Below, piece after piece: positions 1 through 8,075 of a stretch of 56,959 bases of DNA. The DNA comes from a virus (taxonomy: Duplodnaviria; Caudoviricetes), in the IMG/VR virus record IMGVR_UViG_3300025875_000028, positions 1 to 56,959 of that record, one strand, 5' to 3'. The notes under the pieces were generated by a model. The model ran no database searches and was not told where the DNA came from. It was given only the letters and a program-made list of their open reading frames with translations. Position 1 is the first letter of the stretch. Every line of letters starts with the position of its first letter. Both the position numbers and the translations under genes were made by a program.

Positions 1-127
1 ATGACTCCCTCTCTGTCGACGGTACGTCCGTCGTCGTGCCGGTCGGGGACTCGAACCCCGATGCCTGCCAGGCCGGCTGATCTTGATCTCAGTAGCCGCG
101 CGGGCCGAACTCCTCGACGCACGTCGC
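1..127. repeat. Terminal direct repeat (identical to 56833-56959); circular assembly overlap
   Basis: First 127 nt match the last 127 nt; 127 is a common assembler k-mer length. Confidence 0.9.
38..77 (-). ncRNA. tRNA-like element, class I (same copy as 56870-56909)
   Basis: Minus strand GCCGG-CCTGGCAGGCA-TCGGGG-TTCGAGT-CCCCGA-CCGGC-ACGA, then hairpin CGACGG/CCGTCG, RBS and ATG. Confidence 0.8.
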
Positions 128-379
128 GACCGTGTCGCCGTGCTCGACCGAGACGACGTCTGTGTGCATGGCGTCGAAGCACTGCGCCGCGATGTCGGCG
201 CGCCCCACCAGACCGAGCGCGATGAGCACCGCGGCGACGGCCAGACCGGCGACGACCCGGGCGACGTAGCCCGGGACGCCGATGTAGGTGGAACGGCCCT
301 GCTCGCTGGCCACCCGCACGACTCGGCGGGGTCCGGCGCCGCGGTGGGCGTAGGTGAAGGAGGTGGGGGCGGTGGTCAT
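89..379 (-). CDS. Small membrane protein, array cassette
   Basis: ATG at 379 after GACAGAGAGGACACC RBS; one hydrophobic segment VVAGLAVAAVLIALGLV. Confidence 0.75.
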   Translation of the reverse strand: MTTAPTSFTYAHRGAGPRRVVRVASEQGRSTYIGVPGYVARVVAGLAVAAVLIALGLVGRADIAAQCFDAMHTDVVSVEHGDTVATCVEEFGPRGY

Positions 380-414
380 GGTGTCCTCTCTGTCGACGGT
401 AGATCCGTCGTCGT

Positions 415-454
415 GCCGGTCGGGGACTTGAACCCCGATGCCTGCCTGGCCGGC
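415..454 (-). ncRNA. tRNA-like element, class I (T-loop TTCAAGT)
   Basis: GCCGG/CCGGC and TCGGGG/CCCCGA stems; loop variant keeps the tRNA TTCRA consensus. Confidence 0.8.
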
Positions 455-465
455 TGATCTTGGTC

Positions 466-543
466 TCACTCCGTGGTGCCCGTTCGCCATGCGATGAGCA
501 GCCATCCGGCCACCCAGACCGCGGCGACCACGGTCACGCCCAC
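466..543 (-). CDS. Possible 25-aa hydrophobic peptide
   Basis: GTG start overlapping the end of the upstream gene; VTVVAAVWVAGWLLIAW fills the gap up to the next element. Confidence 0.35.
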   Translation of the reverse strand: MGVTVVAAVWVAGWLLIAWRTGTTE

Positions 544-812
544 GACGTGGACGCCACGACCGCGGCGACCTCCCGGGCATCGCCCGTCCACAGCTCGCCG
601 GACGCGACCGTGTAGCCGTTGCGGCAGATCTCGAACCGGGCGGGGTCCTCCGGGCTGCACTCGGCGGCGCGCTGACCGTCGTTGACCGTGACCGTGAAGC
701 CGCCGTAGTCGACCACGGCCAGCACGCCCCCGCCGATGTTCTCGACGTAGGCGCGCATCCCCTGGGCCGTCATGGCGTCGGCGATCTGGTCCAGCGTGAC
801 CGTGCGGGTCAT
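534..812 (-). CDS. Hypothetical protein, first cassette of the array
   Basis: ATG at 812 after the conserved RBS; 92 aa. Confidence 0.8.
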   Translation of the reverse strand: MTRTVTLDQIADAMTAQGMRAYVENIGGGVLAVVDYGGFTVTVNDGQRAAECSPEDPARFEICRNGYTVASGELWTGDAREVAAVVASTSWA

Positions 813-847
813 GGTGTCCTCTCTGTCGACGGTACGTCCGTCGTCGT

Positions 848-887
848 GGGTGCCGGGGGCTCGAACCCCGGTGCCTGCCAGTCACCC
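848..887 (-). ncRNA. tRNA-like element, class II variant
   Basis: GGGTG-ACTGGCAGGCA-CCGGGG-TTCGAGC-CCCCGG-CACCC-ACGA. Confidence 0.8.
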
Positions 888-1102
888 GAAAGACTGTGTC
901 GTCTCTCTGTCGGGATGTACTCATCCCGTCGTGGTGCTGCGTGCGGCGATCTCGCTTGCATCGGCTCTACCAGGGCGGACGACTGCCCCCATCGGGGGGC
1001 CGCTGCGAGCCCCGAACTGTCTCGGGGCATCGGCGTCGGCCTGGTTTCGGCTCTTGCTACGTCGGCGGTTCCCGTTGTGCGGGCCTGTCCGATCGTGCCG
1101 TG

Positions 1103-1116
1103 TGGAGTTCTCAAGG
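1103..1116 (-). promoter_or_regulatory. boxA-like antitermination motif
   Basis: Minus strand CCTTGAGAACTCCA resembles the TTGAGAACTCAA boxA core of actinobacterial rrn leaders; lies about 65 nt downstream of the P2 start site. Confidence 0.55.
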
Positions 1117-1186
1117 TGCGGGTGATCCGGGGTAGTGGCCTCTCGGCTGGCCCCTCGGTCCGTGGCCCGTTGTGTTGCTGGGATGA

Positions 1187-1215
1187 ACATTACGCCTTGC
1201 CTTGCGGTCTGTCAA
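1187..1215 (-). promoter_or_regulatory. Housekeeping-sigma promoter P2 for the array
   Basis: TTGACA-17 nt-TAATGT. Confidence 0.85.
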
Positions 1216-1325
1216 GCGGGGCGGTGAGGGGGGGTCGTGAACCCCCTGGCAGGCAAGCCCTCCCGTTGCGGTGAGTGGCGCCCTGTCCCTCGGTCTTGCT
1301 GTGCCCTGCTCTCTTGCTGGGATGA

Positions 1326-1354
1326 ACATTACGCCCCACCCCCCTCGCCGTCAA
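1326..1354 (-). promoter_or_regulatory. Housekeeping-sigma promoter P1 for the array
   Basis: TTGACG-17 nt-TAATGT; shares 22 identical nt around the -10/start site with P2. Confidence 0.8.
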
Positions 1355-1599
1355 GCGATCCGGCCAACTTTCTTCAAACGCCCTGCTCAGACGGCGTGTC
1401 GGCCTGCCCTGCCTGCCGTCCCTCTACGCGTAGGGGAGTGGGGGGAGCTCCGGCGCCGCCCCGCTGGCCGTGCCTGCCCCGCCTGCCCGCTGCAGGGGGT
1501 GGGGGGGTCCCCCTGCCGGCCCCGCCGGCCCCACCGGGAGGCATAGCAAGGACAGCTTTCTACGGGTCGTAGAACTTCGGAACAAGATCATCAAGGCCG

Positions 1600-1970
1600 G
1601 CGGGATTTGTATCTAGAGCTTCTGACGTCCATGACGAGTATCGGGCGGCCTGTCATCAGCGTTGTCATGTTTCCTCAATCACTAAACGGCCTGGTCAAGC
1701 CATAGATACACCTCTTTATTTATTACATATGACAGGTATGACATAGATAAATAGGCACATACATATGAGTCGCTAATAATATGCAGCACTATCAGTATCT
1801 AGCACTCAGGAGCCTCTCAACCTCATGGCCCGTTGACCTTTTATCTACGTCAGACCGTCATCCGGCGTCATGTTCGGGCGTCTTCGCAGGTCAGACCCAT
1901 GACACCCACCATGACACTTGAGGCTTGCACTTCTAAATATTGTCCGCTAGCGTCACCGGCCATGACGAAC
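1600..1970. other. AT-rich non-coding region with ATGAC(A/G) repeats; candidate replication origin or packaging site
   Basis: Only strongly AT-rich tract in the genome (about 1700-1800); ten ATGAC[AG] copies in both orientations. Confidence 0.5.
1925..1953 (+). promoter_or_regulatory. Candidate rightward promoter
   Basis: TTGCAC-17 nt-TAGCGT upstream of the first rightward gene. Confidence 0.5.
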
Positions 1971-2011
1971 GAGAGCCCGAAGGCGGTGGCCAGCGGCCCG
2001 GTGGTGCCCCG

Positions 2012-2467
2012 ATGACGCGGCGCGGCCGGCCGCCGAAGTACCCCTGGGACAGCTGGCTCGACGGGAAGACGCGCTACGTGCTCAGCCAGACCGAGCACTT
2101 CCCGGGTGTGACCGCGGCGTCGGTGCAGCAGCAGGCCATCACCGAGGCGCGCAAGCGAGACGTCCGCATCTCCACCCGGACGACCGTGCACGCCGATGTC
2201 GAGTACCTCGAGATCCGGCCGGCCGACCCGGAGAAGAAGAAGCGGCGCGACTGGGACGCGATCTTCGCTCAGCCGGCCGGGGTGATCCTGCGGCGCGAGC
2301 GGGACTTCACCTGCAGCGCGGTCTCGATGCGCGCGATGGTGCACCAGGCCGCGGCGCGGCGGCACCTCGAAGTCCGCACGGAGGCCGACAAGACGTCGGT
2401 CACCATCTACCCTCAAGACCCGGCGACCGGGATGGCGTCGGAGAAGCAGGAGGCAGGACATGGGTGA
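2012..2467 (+). CDS. Putative DNA-binding protein with two tandem related domains
   Basis: RGRPPKYPWDSW N-terminus; internal similarity between halves. Confidence 0.6.
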   Translation: MTRRGRPPKYPWDSWLDGKTRYVLSQTEHFPGVTAASVQQQAITEARKRDVRISTRTTVHADVEYLEIRPADPEKKKRRDWDAIFAQPAGVILRRERDFTCSAVSMRAMVHQAAARRHLEVRTEADKTSVTIYPQDPATGMASEKQEAGHG

Positions 2468-3056
2468 CTTCGGACCACCTCCGCTGCGCAGCGAAGAGCG
2501 CCGGCGCACCAACGAGCCAGACCACCCGATCTGGAAGCTCGACACCGAGGCGCTGGCCGCGATGCCCTTCGAGATCGACCTGAGCCCGCGGGCGCCCGAG
2601 CCGCCGACGAAGGCCGAGGTCGATGGCTGGTCGAAGGAGCACCCCGAGGCGCACTGGGGCCGCATCGCCACCCGGCTGTACGAGGGGCTCAAGACCGACC
2701 CCGCGGTGGCGTGGCTGACGTCGGGCGACTGGGCGTGGATCGAGCTGCTCATCGAGGACATCGACCGGGAGACGAAGCCCCAGGTGGTCGGGATCTCCGA
2801 CTCCGTCTGGGACCCGATCGACCAGGACGTCGTCCCGGGGGAGCCGATCTTCGAGCTCGTCCCGATGAAGGCTTCCAAGCTGGCCGCGTTCAACCAGGCG
2901 ATGAAGAGCCTGGGCTTCGGCGAAGCGAACCGGCTGCGCATCCACAAGGAGGTCACCCTGTTCGGCGAGTTCGCCGAGACGGTCAGCAGCGCGGCGACCG
3001 AGGAGGCCGTCGTGGCGACCCGGCTCGAGCTGCTGCAGGGCGGGCAGGCGTCGTGA
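2460..3056 (+). CDS. Terminase small subunit (actinophage type)
   Basis: N-terminal GPPPLRSEERRRTN motif like actinophage TerS; position upstream of TerL. Confidence 0.6.
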   Translation: MGDFGPPPLRSEERRRTNEPDHPIWKLDTEALAAMPFEIDLSPRAPEPPTKAEVDGWSKEHPEAHWGRIATRLYEGLKTDPAVAWLTSGDWAWIELLIEDIDRETKPQVVGISDSVWDPIDQDVVPGEPIFELVPMKASKLAAFNQAMKSLGFGEANRLRIHKEVTLFGEFAETVSSAATEEAVVATRLELLQGGQAS

Positions 3057-3394
3057 GGCTGTTCCGCCGGCGTCGGCCGGAGCCGCAGATCGTCGAGGTG
3101 TTCCGCTACCGCGATGTGCCCCGGCGCCGGGGCTTCCTGGTGATCTGGGGCGGCACCGTGGCCGAGGCCGAGGCCTTCCGGCGCCGTCTCCGGCTGCCCA
3201 ACGGCGACGTCCGGTGCATCGGGGACACCTCGGTGCGCTCGGTCGAGGGGATGCGCATCGACACCGTGCTGCTGGTGGGCACCGCGGAGACGCGGGCCCT
3301 GACGTCGCCGGTGACCATGCGCGAGGTGCTCGACCGCAGCACGCGCAAGATGCCCGACCCGGTGCACTGGCTCGATCTGCGGGGCATGGCGTGA
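3053..3394 (+). CDS. Hypothetical protein
   Basis: GTGA overlap with the upstream stop. Confidence 0.55.
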   Translation: MRLFRRRRPEPQIVEVFRYRDVPRRRGFLVIWGGTVAEAEAFRRRLRLPNGDVRCIGDTSVRSVEGMRIDTVLLVGTAETRALTSPVTMREVLDRSTRKMPDPVHWLDLRGMA

Positions 3395-3930
3395 GGGACG
3401 TCGACGACTTCCTCGACGACGTCGACGACCTGCTCGACGAGGACGACGACTGGGAGTGGGGCACCGACGCCGCGCGCTGGTCGCCGGCCACCGCTGCGGA
3501 CGACAGCCCGTGGGAGTCCCGCTCGGCCGAGGAGCTCTGGGCCATCTGGCAGGCGAACAGCGTGCCCGATGCCACCTACGCCGAGCTGATGCAGCGGTCG
3601 ATGATGCCCATCGCCGACGCCTACCGGCAGATGGCCGCGATGTACGGCCACGCGCTCGATGGCCTGATGGAGCGGCACTACGCCGGCCGCTTCGAGGCGA
3701 TCGAGTGGCGCGAGCCGGACGTGCCCACCCAGGTCGAGCGTCAGCGCACCCTCGAACGCATCCGAGCACACCTGCAGCCGGACTATCTCGTCTTCGACGA
3801 GACCCACCTCTGGCTCGACCATGACCTGCGGGAGCGGTCGCGCGCTGTTGCGGCCGAGATCGCAGAACAGCACGCCGCCAGCCCTGCGCGGATCGTGTCC
3901 ATCAGCACCGCGGAGGTCCGACATGGATGA
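3391..3930 (+). CDS. Hypothetical acidic protein
   Basis: GTGA overlap; high-GC3 codon use. Confidence 0.6.
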   Translation: MRDVDDFLDDVDDLLDEDDDWEWGTDAARWSPATAADDSPWESRSAEELWAIWQANSVPDATYAELMQRSMMPIADAYRQMAAMYGHALDGLMERHYAGRFEAIEWREPDVPTQVERQRTLERIRAHLQPDYLVFDETHLWLDHDLRERSRAVAAEIAEQHAASPARIVSISTAEVRHG

Positions 3931-4459
3931 GCTCAAGGCCGCCGGCGACGTCCGGGCGACGATGGACGCCGCTCGGGCCGACGACGGGGCGCTGACCGAG
4001 GCCGGCTGGCCCCGCCCGCGGCACAACGGACTGCCGATCCCCTGGCTCTCGCCCCGGGATGCGCTGGCCAAAACCGACAGCGCCCGGCTCGCCGCGTGCG
4101 CCAGCGGCGGGGTCTGCGCGGTGTGCGGGCTGGGGTTCCAGGCCGAGGAGCACGCGCTCCTGCTCATCAACCCGCCGACCGGGCCGAACGGCGGGCGGTT
4201 CATGCCCGGTGACACCATCGAGCCGGCCGACGGCGGCATCATCACCTCCATCGACAACGGCGTGCTGCACCCGCGGTGCGCCCGGCTCGCGCTGGCCTAC
4301 TGCCCGAAGCTGCGCGAGCTGCTCGAAGACGACGACCTCGTGTGCGTGCAGGTCGTCGCGCACACCTCCGAGCCCCAGTTCCTCGACCTCACCGACTCCG
4401 GCACGCTCGAGCTGCGGGCCACCTACGACGAGGGCCTCGTCGTGGACATCCCGCTGTGA
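3923..4459 (+). CDS. Hypothetical protein with CxxC...HxxC metal-binding motif
   Basis: GGAGG RBS; CAVC and LHPRCARLALAYCP. Confidence 0.7.
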   Translation: MDELKAAGDVRATMDAARADDGALTEAGWPRPRHNGLPIPWLSPRDALAKTDSARLAACASGGVCAVCGLGFQAEEHALLLINPPTGPNGGRFMPGDTIEPADGGIITSIDNGVLHPRCARLALAYCPKLRELLEDDDLVCVQVVAHTSEPQFLDLTDSGTLELRATYDEGLVVDIPL

Positions 4460-4563
4460 GGCGCAAGCCGGGCGAGTACATCGCCCTCTGGCTCGCCATC
4501 GTGCTGACCGCCTGGTTCACCGTCTTCGTCGGCGACCAGATCGTCGGGATCGTGACCCGGTGA
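4456..4563 (+). CDS. Small membrane peptide
   Basis: GTGA coupling on both sides; one hydrophobic helix. Confidence 0.5.
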   Translation: MRRKPGEYIALWLAIVLTAWFTVFVGDQIVGIVTR

Positions 4564-5111
4564 GCTTCCGCCCGGACGACGCCGTTCCCGTCTGCCTGTT
4601 GCCCGACGGCAGTTGGGTCGTCCTCGAGCACCGCCAGTACGTCGGCAGCCCCGAGCACGGGGCCGACGTCGTCGACATCCCGGTCGGCTTCAAGACCGAC
4701 TTCGGCTCCGTGCCGTGGGTCGTCCGGGCCATCCTGAGCCAGATCGGCAAGGGCGGCCGGGCGTTCCTGGTGCACGACGTCGGCTGCGAGGCGCTCAACG
4801 ACGTGCACACCGGCCGCCGCCAGGGTCCGGTGCTCGACTCGATCAGCGTGGACGGGATGTTCCGGCGCATCCTCGGCGAGCTGGGCGTCTGGGACACCCT
4901 GCGGTGGCTCTACTGGGTCGGCGTGCGGTGGGGCGCCCTGTTCAACCCGGCCCGCCGCGCCGGCTGGTGGCGCACCGCGCCGCAGGTCATCGGGATCAGC
5001 GTGCTGGCCGCCCCGGTGATCGTCCCGCTCGCCGTCGTCACCGCGCTGGCCGGCGCGGTGCTCACCGTCGTCGAGGGCGTCGCCGTGGCGTGGCGGGAGC
5101 TGTGGCGGTGA
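4560..5111 (+). CDS. DUF1353-family protein
   Basis: IPVGFKTDFGSVP...AFLVHD motif; C-terminal hydrophobic segment. Confidence 0.75.
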   Translation: MSFRPDDAVPVCLLPDGSWVVLEHRQYVGSPEHGADVVDIPVGFKTDFGSVPWVVRAILSQIGKGGRAFLVHDVGCEALNDVHTGRRQGPVLDSISVDGMFRRILGELGVWDTLRWLYWVGVRWGALFNPARRAGWWRTAPQVIGISVLAAPVIVPLAVVTALAGAVLTVVEGVAVAWRELWR

Positions 5112-5452
5112 GCAAGGACGAGGGCCGCGGCGCCCGTGTGCACGGGGTGAAGACCGACCCGGCGCAGTTCGGCGGCGGGCGCCCGGCCACCCGGCCCCCG
5201 TACACCGCCGCGGGGATCTCCCGGCTGATGTGCTCGCGGGCCGGATGCGGCCGGCAGGCCTACGCCACCTGGGGAGCGTGCGCCGACGACAACGTCCAGC
5301 GTCCGCTCTGCCCGGAGTGCGACGTCGCGCTCAACGTGGCCGCGCTCGAGTTCATGGGCGACCCGGACATCATCTCCAAGATCGGCGAGTACGTGGAGAC
5401 GATGGAGGCCAAGATCGGCCGCCGGGTCGCGGCCTCCTGGCAGCTGGGGTGA
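5108..5452 (+). CDS. Hypothetical Zn-binding protein
   Basis: CxxxxC...CxxC; coupled start and stop. Confidence 0.6.
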   Translation: MSKDEGRGARVHGVKTDPAQFGGGRPATRPPYTAAGISRLMCSRAGCGRQAYATWGACADDNVQRPLCPECDVALNVAALEFMGDPDIISKIGEYVETMEAKIGRRVAASWQLG

Positions 5453-5772
5453 GCGGGGCACTGCACCCGCGGGGCACGACGAACCGCAACGCCCGCGGCA
5501 GCAGCTACGCCCGCGCCGCCCGGCGCCGCTGGCTGGTCGACACCTTCGGCTGGCGGCTGCCCGACGGCACCGGGCTGGTGTGCTGCTACCGCTGCCACGT
5601 CGTGCTGCTGCAGGACGAGGACCCGGAGGCGCCCGGCCAGTCGGTCACCGCCGACCGCATCCTGCCTGGCGTGCTGGGCGGCCGGTACGTTCGCGACAAC
5701 ATCCGGCCGGCGTGCGGCGGCTGCAACTCCGAGACCGGCGGGATGCTCGTCGGCGCCGGTGCTCAGCCGTAA
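5449..5772 (+). CDS. HNH endonuclease
   Basis: CYRC...TADRILPGVLGGRYVRDNIRPACGGCN. Confidence 0.75.
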   Translation: MSGALHPRGTTNRNARGSSYARAARRRWLVDTFGWRLPDGTGLVCCYRCHVVLLQDEDPEAPGQSVTADRILPGVLGGRYVRDNIRPACGGCNSETGGMLVGAGAQP

Positions 5773-5781
5773 GATCGCGCC

Positions 5782-6123
5782 ATGACCCCCACCGCCATCG
5801 CCCGCGTCTGCCACGAGGCCAACCGCGCCCTGCAGATCGAGACCAACGACCCCGCCGTCTCCCCGCCCTGGGACGACGCGCCGGAGTGGCAGCGTCGCAG
5901 CGCGGTCGAGGGGGTCATGGCCGCGATGGACGGCGCCACCCCGCGCCAGCTGCACGAGTCGTGGATGGACTCGAAGTTCCGCGAGGGCTGGGTGTACGGC
6001 GACGTCAAGGACGCCGACGCGAAGACGCACCCCTGCCTCGTCGACTACGACGACCTGCCGGCCGACCAGCGCGCGAAGGACACCGTCTTCCACGGCATCG
6101 TCGCCGCTCTCGCGCAGCAGTAG
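5782..6123 (+). CDS. RyR-domain protein
   Basis: HESWM...EGWVYGDVKD...KTHPCLVDYDDLP...AKD signature. Confidence 0.8.
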   Translation: MTPTAIARVCHEANRALQIETNDPAVSPPWDDAPEWQRRSAVEGVMAAMDGATPRQLHESWMDSKFREGWVYGDVKDADAKTHPCLVDYDDLPADQRAKDTVFHGIVAALAQQ

Positions 6124-6132
6124 CATCGGCCG

Positions 6133-8043
6133 GTGACCGCCGTCCTCGACCCCGTCTTCGAGTTCGAGGTCGAGCCCATCTACTACGGGCCGACCTGGCA
6201 GAAGGACGACGACGGCAACTTCGTCCTCCCGAAGTGGACGATCGGCTGGCAGGCCCTCAAGTGGGCCCGGGAGAACCTGCACGGCTTCGACGGCGACGAG
6301 CTGATCCTCACGCCGGAGCAGGTGCGCTTCATCCTCTGGTGGTACGCCGTTGACGAGAACGGCCGGTTTGCCTACCGCGAGGGGGTCCTACAGCGCCTCA
6401 AGGGGTGGGGCAAGGACCCCCTCGTCGCGATCATCGCGTGCATCGAGTTCCTCGGGCCCTGTCGCTTCGCCGGCTGGGCCGCCAAGGCGATGCCCGAGCG
6501 CGGGCTGGTGGTCGGCGACCCCTACGCCGTCGAGAACCCGAACGCATGGATTCAGGTCGCTGCGGTCACGCAGGAGCAGACCAAGAACACCATGACGCTG
6601 TTCCCGAACATGATCTCGATGGCGTGCCAGAAGGCGCACCAGATGAACGCGCACTCCTTCGGCGCCACCCTCATCACCTCCCACCGCGGCGGCCGGCGCA
6701 TCCAGGCCGTCACCAGCAACCCGGCCGCTCTCGAAGGAGGCCGGCCGACCTTCGTCATCAAGAACGAGACCCACCACTGGCAGAGCCACAACCGCGGTCT
6801 CGAGATGGCCGCGGTCATCACCCGCAACGCCACGAAGGCCAAGGGCGGCGCCGCGCGCACGTTGTCGATCACCAACGCCTACGAGCCCTCCGAGACCTCC
6901 GTCGCCAAGGCCGAGCGCGAGACCTGGGAGGAGCAGGAGGCGGGGCTGGCCATCAAGACCCGCCGCCTCTACGACTCCATCGAGGCCCCTGAGGACGCCG
7001 GCATGATGCCGCCTCGGATGCGCACCAAGGACTACGTCCCGCCGGCCGACGACGACTTCGAGGGCCAGGAACTTGAGGACGCCGAGATCAAGGCCTACAT
7101 CGCCGCGATCATCAGCGCCGTCCGAGGCGACGCCAGCTGGCTCGACGTCGAGGGCATCGTCGACTCGATCCTCGACAAGAACAACCCGATCAGCACCTCT
7201 CGGCGCTTCTGGTTCAACCAGATCGTCGCCGACGAGGATGCCTGGGTCGATCACCTCGCCGTCGACGCCGGCGTGCACGAGCTCGTCCGCGGCGAGCGCG
7301 AGCGGGCCCGCCGCAGCGAGGGGGACGCGCTGCGCGCCGGCTGGAACATCGTCAGCCCGACCGACCCGGTCGTGATGACCTTCGACGGCTCGAAGACCGA
7401 CGACGCCACGGTGCTCAACGGCACCCGGCTCTCCGACGGCTACAGCTTCGTCATCGGCATCTGGCAGGACCGCTCGAAGCGCGACCCGAAGAAGCCCAGC
7501 AAGTACCTCATCCCGCGCGAGGCCGTCAGCGCCCGCGTCGACGAGGCCTTCGAGCGCTTCAACATCGTCGCCTTCTGGGGGGACCCCAGCCACGCGAAGG
7601 ACGACAGCAACGAAGCCGAGATGTACTGGGACCCCTACTTCGACCGCTGGCACCGGAAGTACAGCGAGCGCATCGACAAGCGCTTCTGGGCCGTCCAGTC
7701 CGGCCACAAGGTCAGCATGTGCATGTGGGACATGACCAGCCCGCAGCGCCAGGAGGAGTTCACCGCCGCGGCGATGGTCGTCCACGACGCGATCATGGTG
7801 CAGGACGACTTCGGCACCTACCTCCCCCGCTTCCTCCACGACGGACACCCCGCGCTGCTCGAGCACCTCAAGAACGCCCGCCGCGCCGAGAACAAGTGGG
7901 GCGTCTCGGTGCGCAAGGAGGGGCGCGAGTCCCCGAAGAAGATCGACCTCGGCGTCGGCCTGATCCTCGGCCAGATGCTCGCGAAGGTCGTCCTCAACCT
8001 CGGCATGGTGCAAGAGCCGGTCCGCAGCGGCGTCGTCTACTGA
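6133..8043 (+). CDS. terL: Terminase large subunit
   Basis: QRLKGWGKD Walker A, NETHHW Walker B region, FDGSKTDD nuclease, C-terminal KKID. Confidence 0.95.
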   Translation: MTAVLDPVFEFEVEPIYYGPTWQKDDDGNFVLPKWTIGWQALKWARENLHGFDGDELILTPEQVRFILWWYAVDENGRFAYREGVLQRLKGWGKDPLVAIIACIEFLGPCRFAGWAAKAMPERGLVVGDPYAVENPNAWIQVAAVTQEQTKNTMTLFPNMISMACQKAHQMNAHSFGATLITSHRGGRRIQAVTSNPAALEGGRPTFVIKNETHHWQSHNRGLEMAAVITRNATKAKGGAARTLSITNAYEPSETSVAKAERETWEEQEAGLAIKTRRLYDSIEAPEDAGMMPPRMRTKDYVPPADDDFEGQELEDAEIKAYIAAIISAVRGDASWLDVEGIVDSILDKNNPISTSRRFWFNQIVADEDAWVDHLAVDAGVHELVRGERERARRSEGDALRAGWNIVSPTDPVVMTFDGSKTDDATVLNGTRLSDGYSFVIGIWQDRSKRDPKKPSKYLIPREAVSARVDEAFERFNIVAFWGDPSHAKDDSNEAEMYWDPYFDRWHRKYSERIDKRFWAVQSGHKVSMCMWDMTSPQRQEEFTAAAMVVHDAIMVQDDFGTYLPRFLHDGHPALLEHLKNARRAENKWGVSVRKEGRESPKKIDLGVGLILGQMLAKVVLNLGMVQEPVRSGVVY

Positions 8044-8075
8044 GCTGCGGCCCTCGTCCGGCTACGATGGCCGCC

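Noticed and set aside
38-887. Canonical tRNA genes
   Set aside because: Elements are 40 nt with no D-stem or anticodon arm and end in ACGA, so they cannot decode
1430-1515. Functional G-quadruplex
   Set aside because: G-runs are present, but neighbouring C-runs can form ordinary hairpins and the genome is very GC-rich; not supportable from sequence alone
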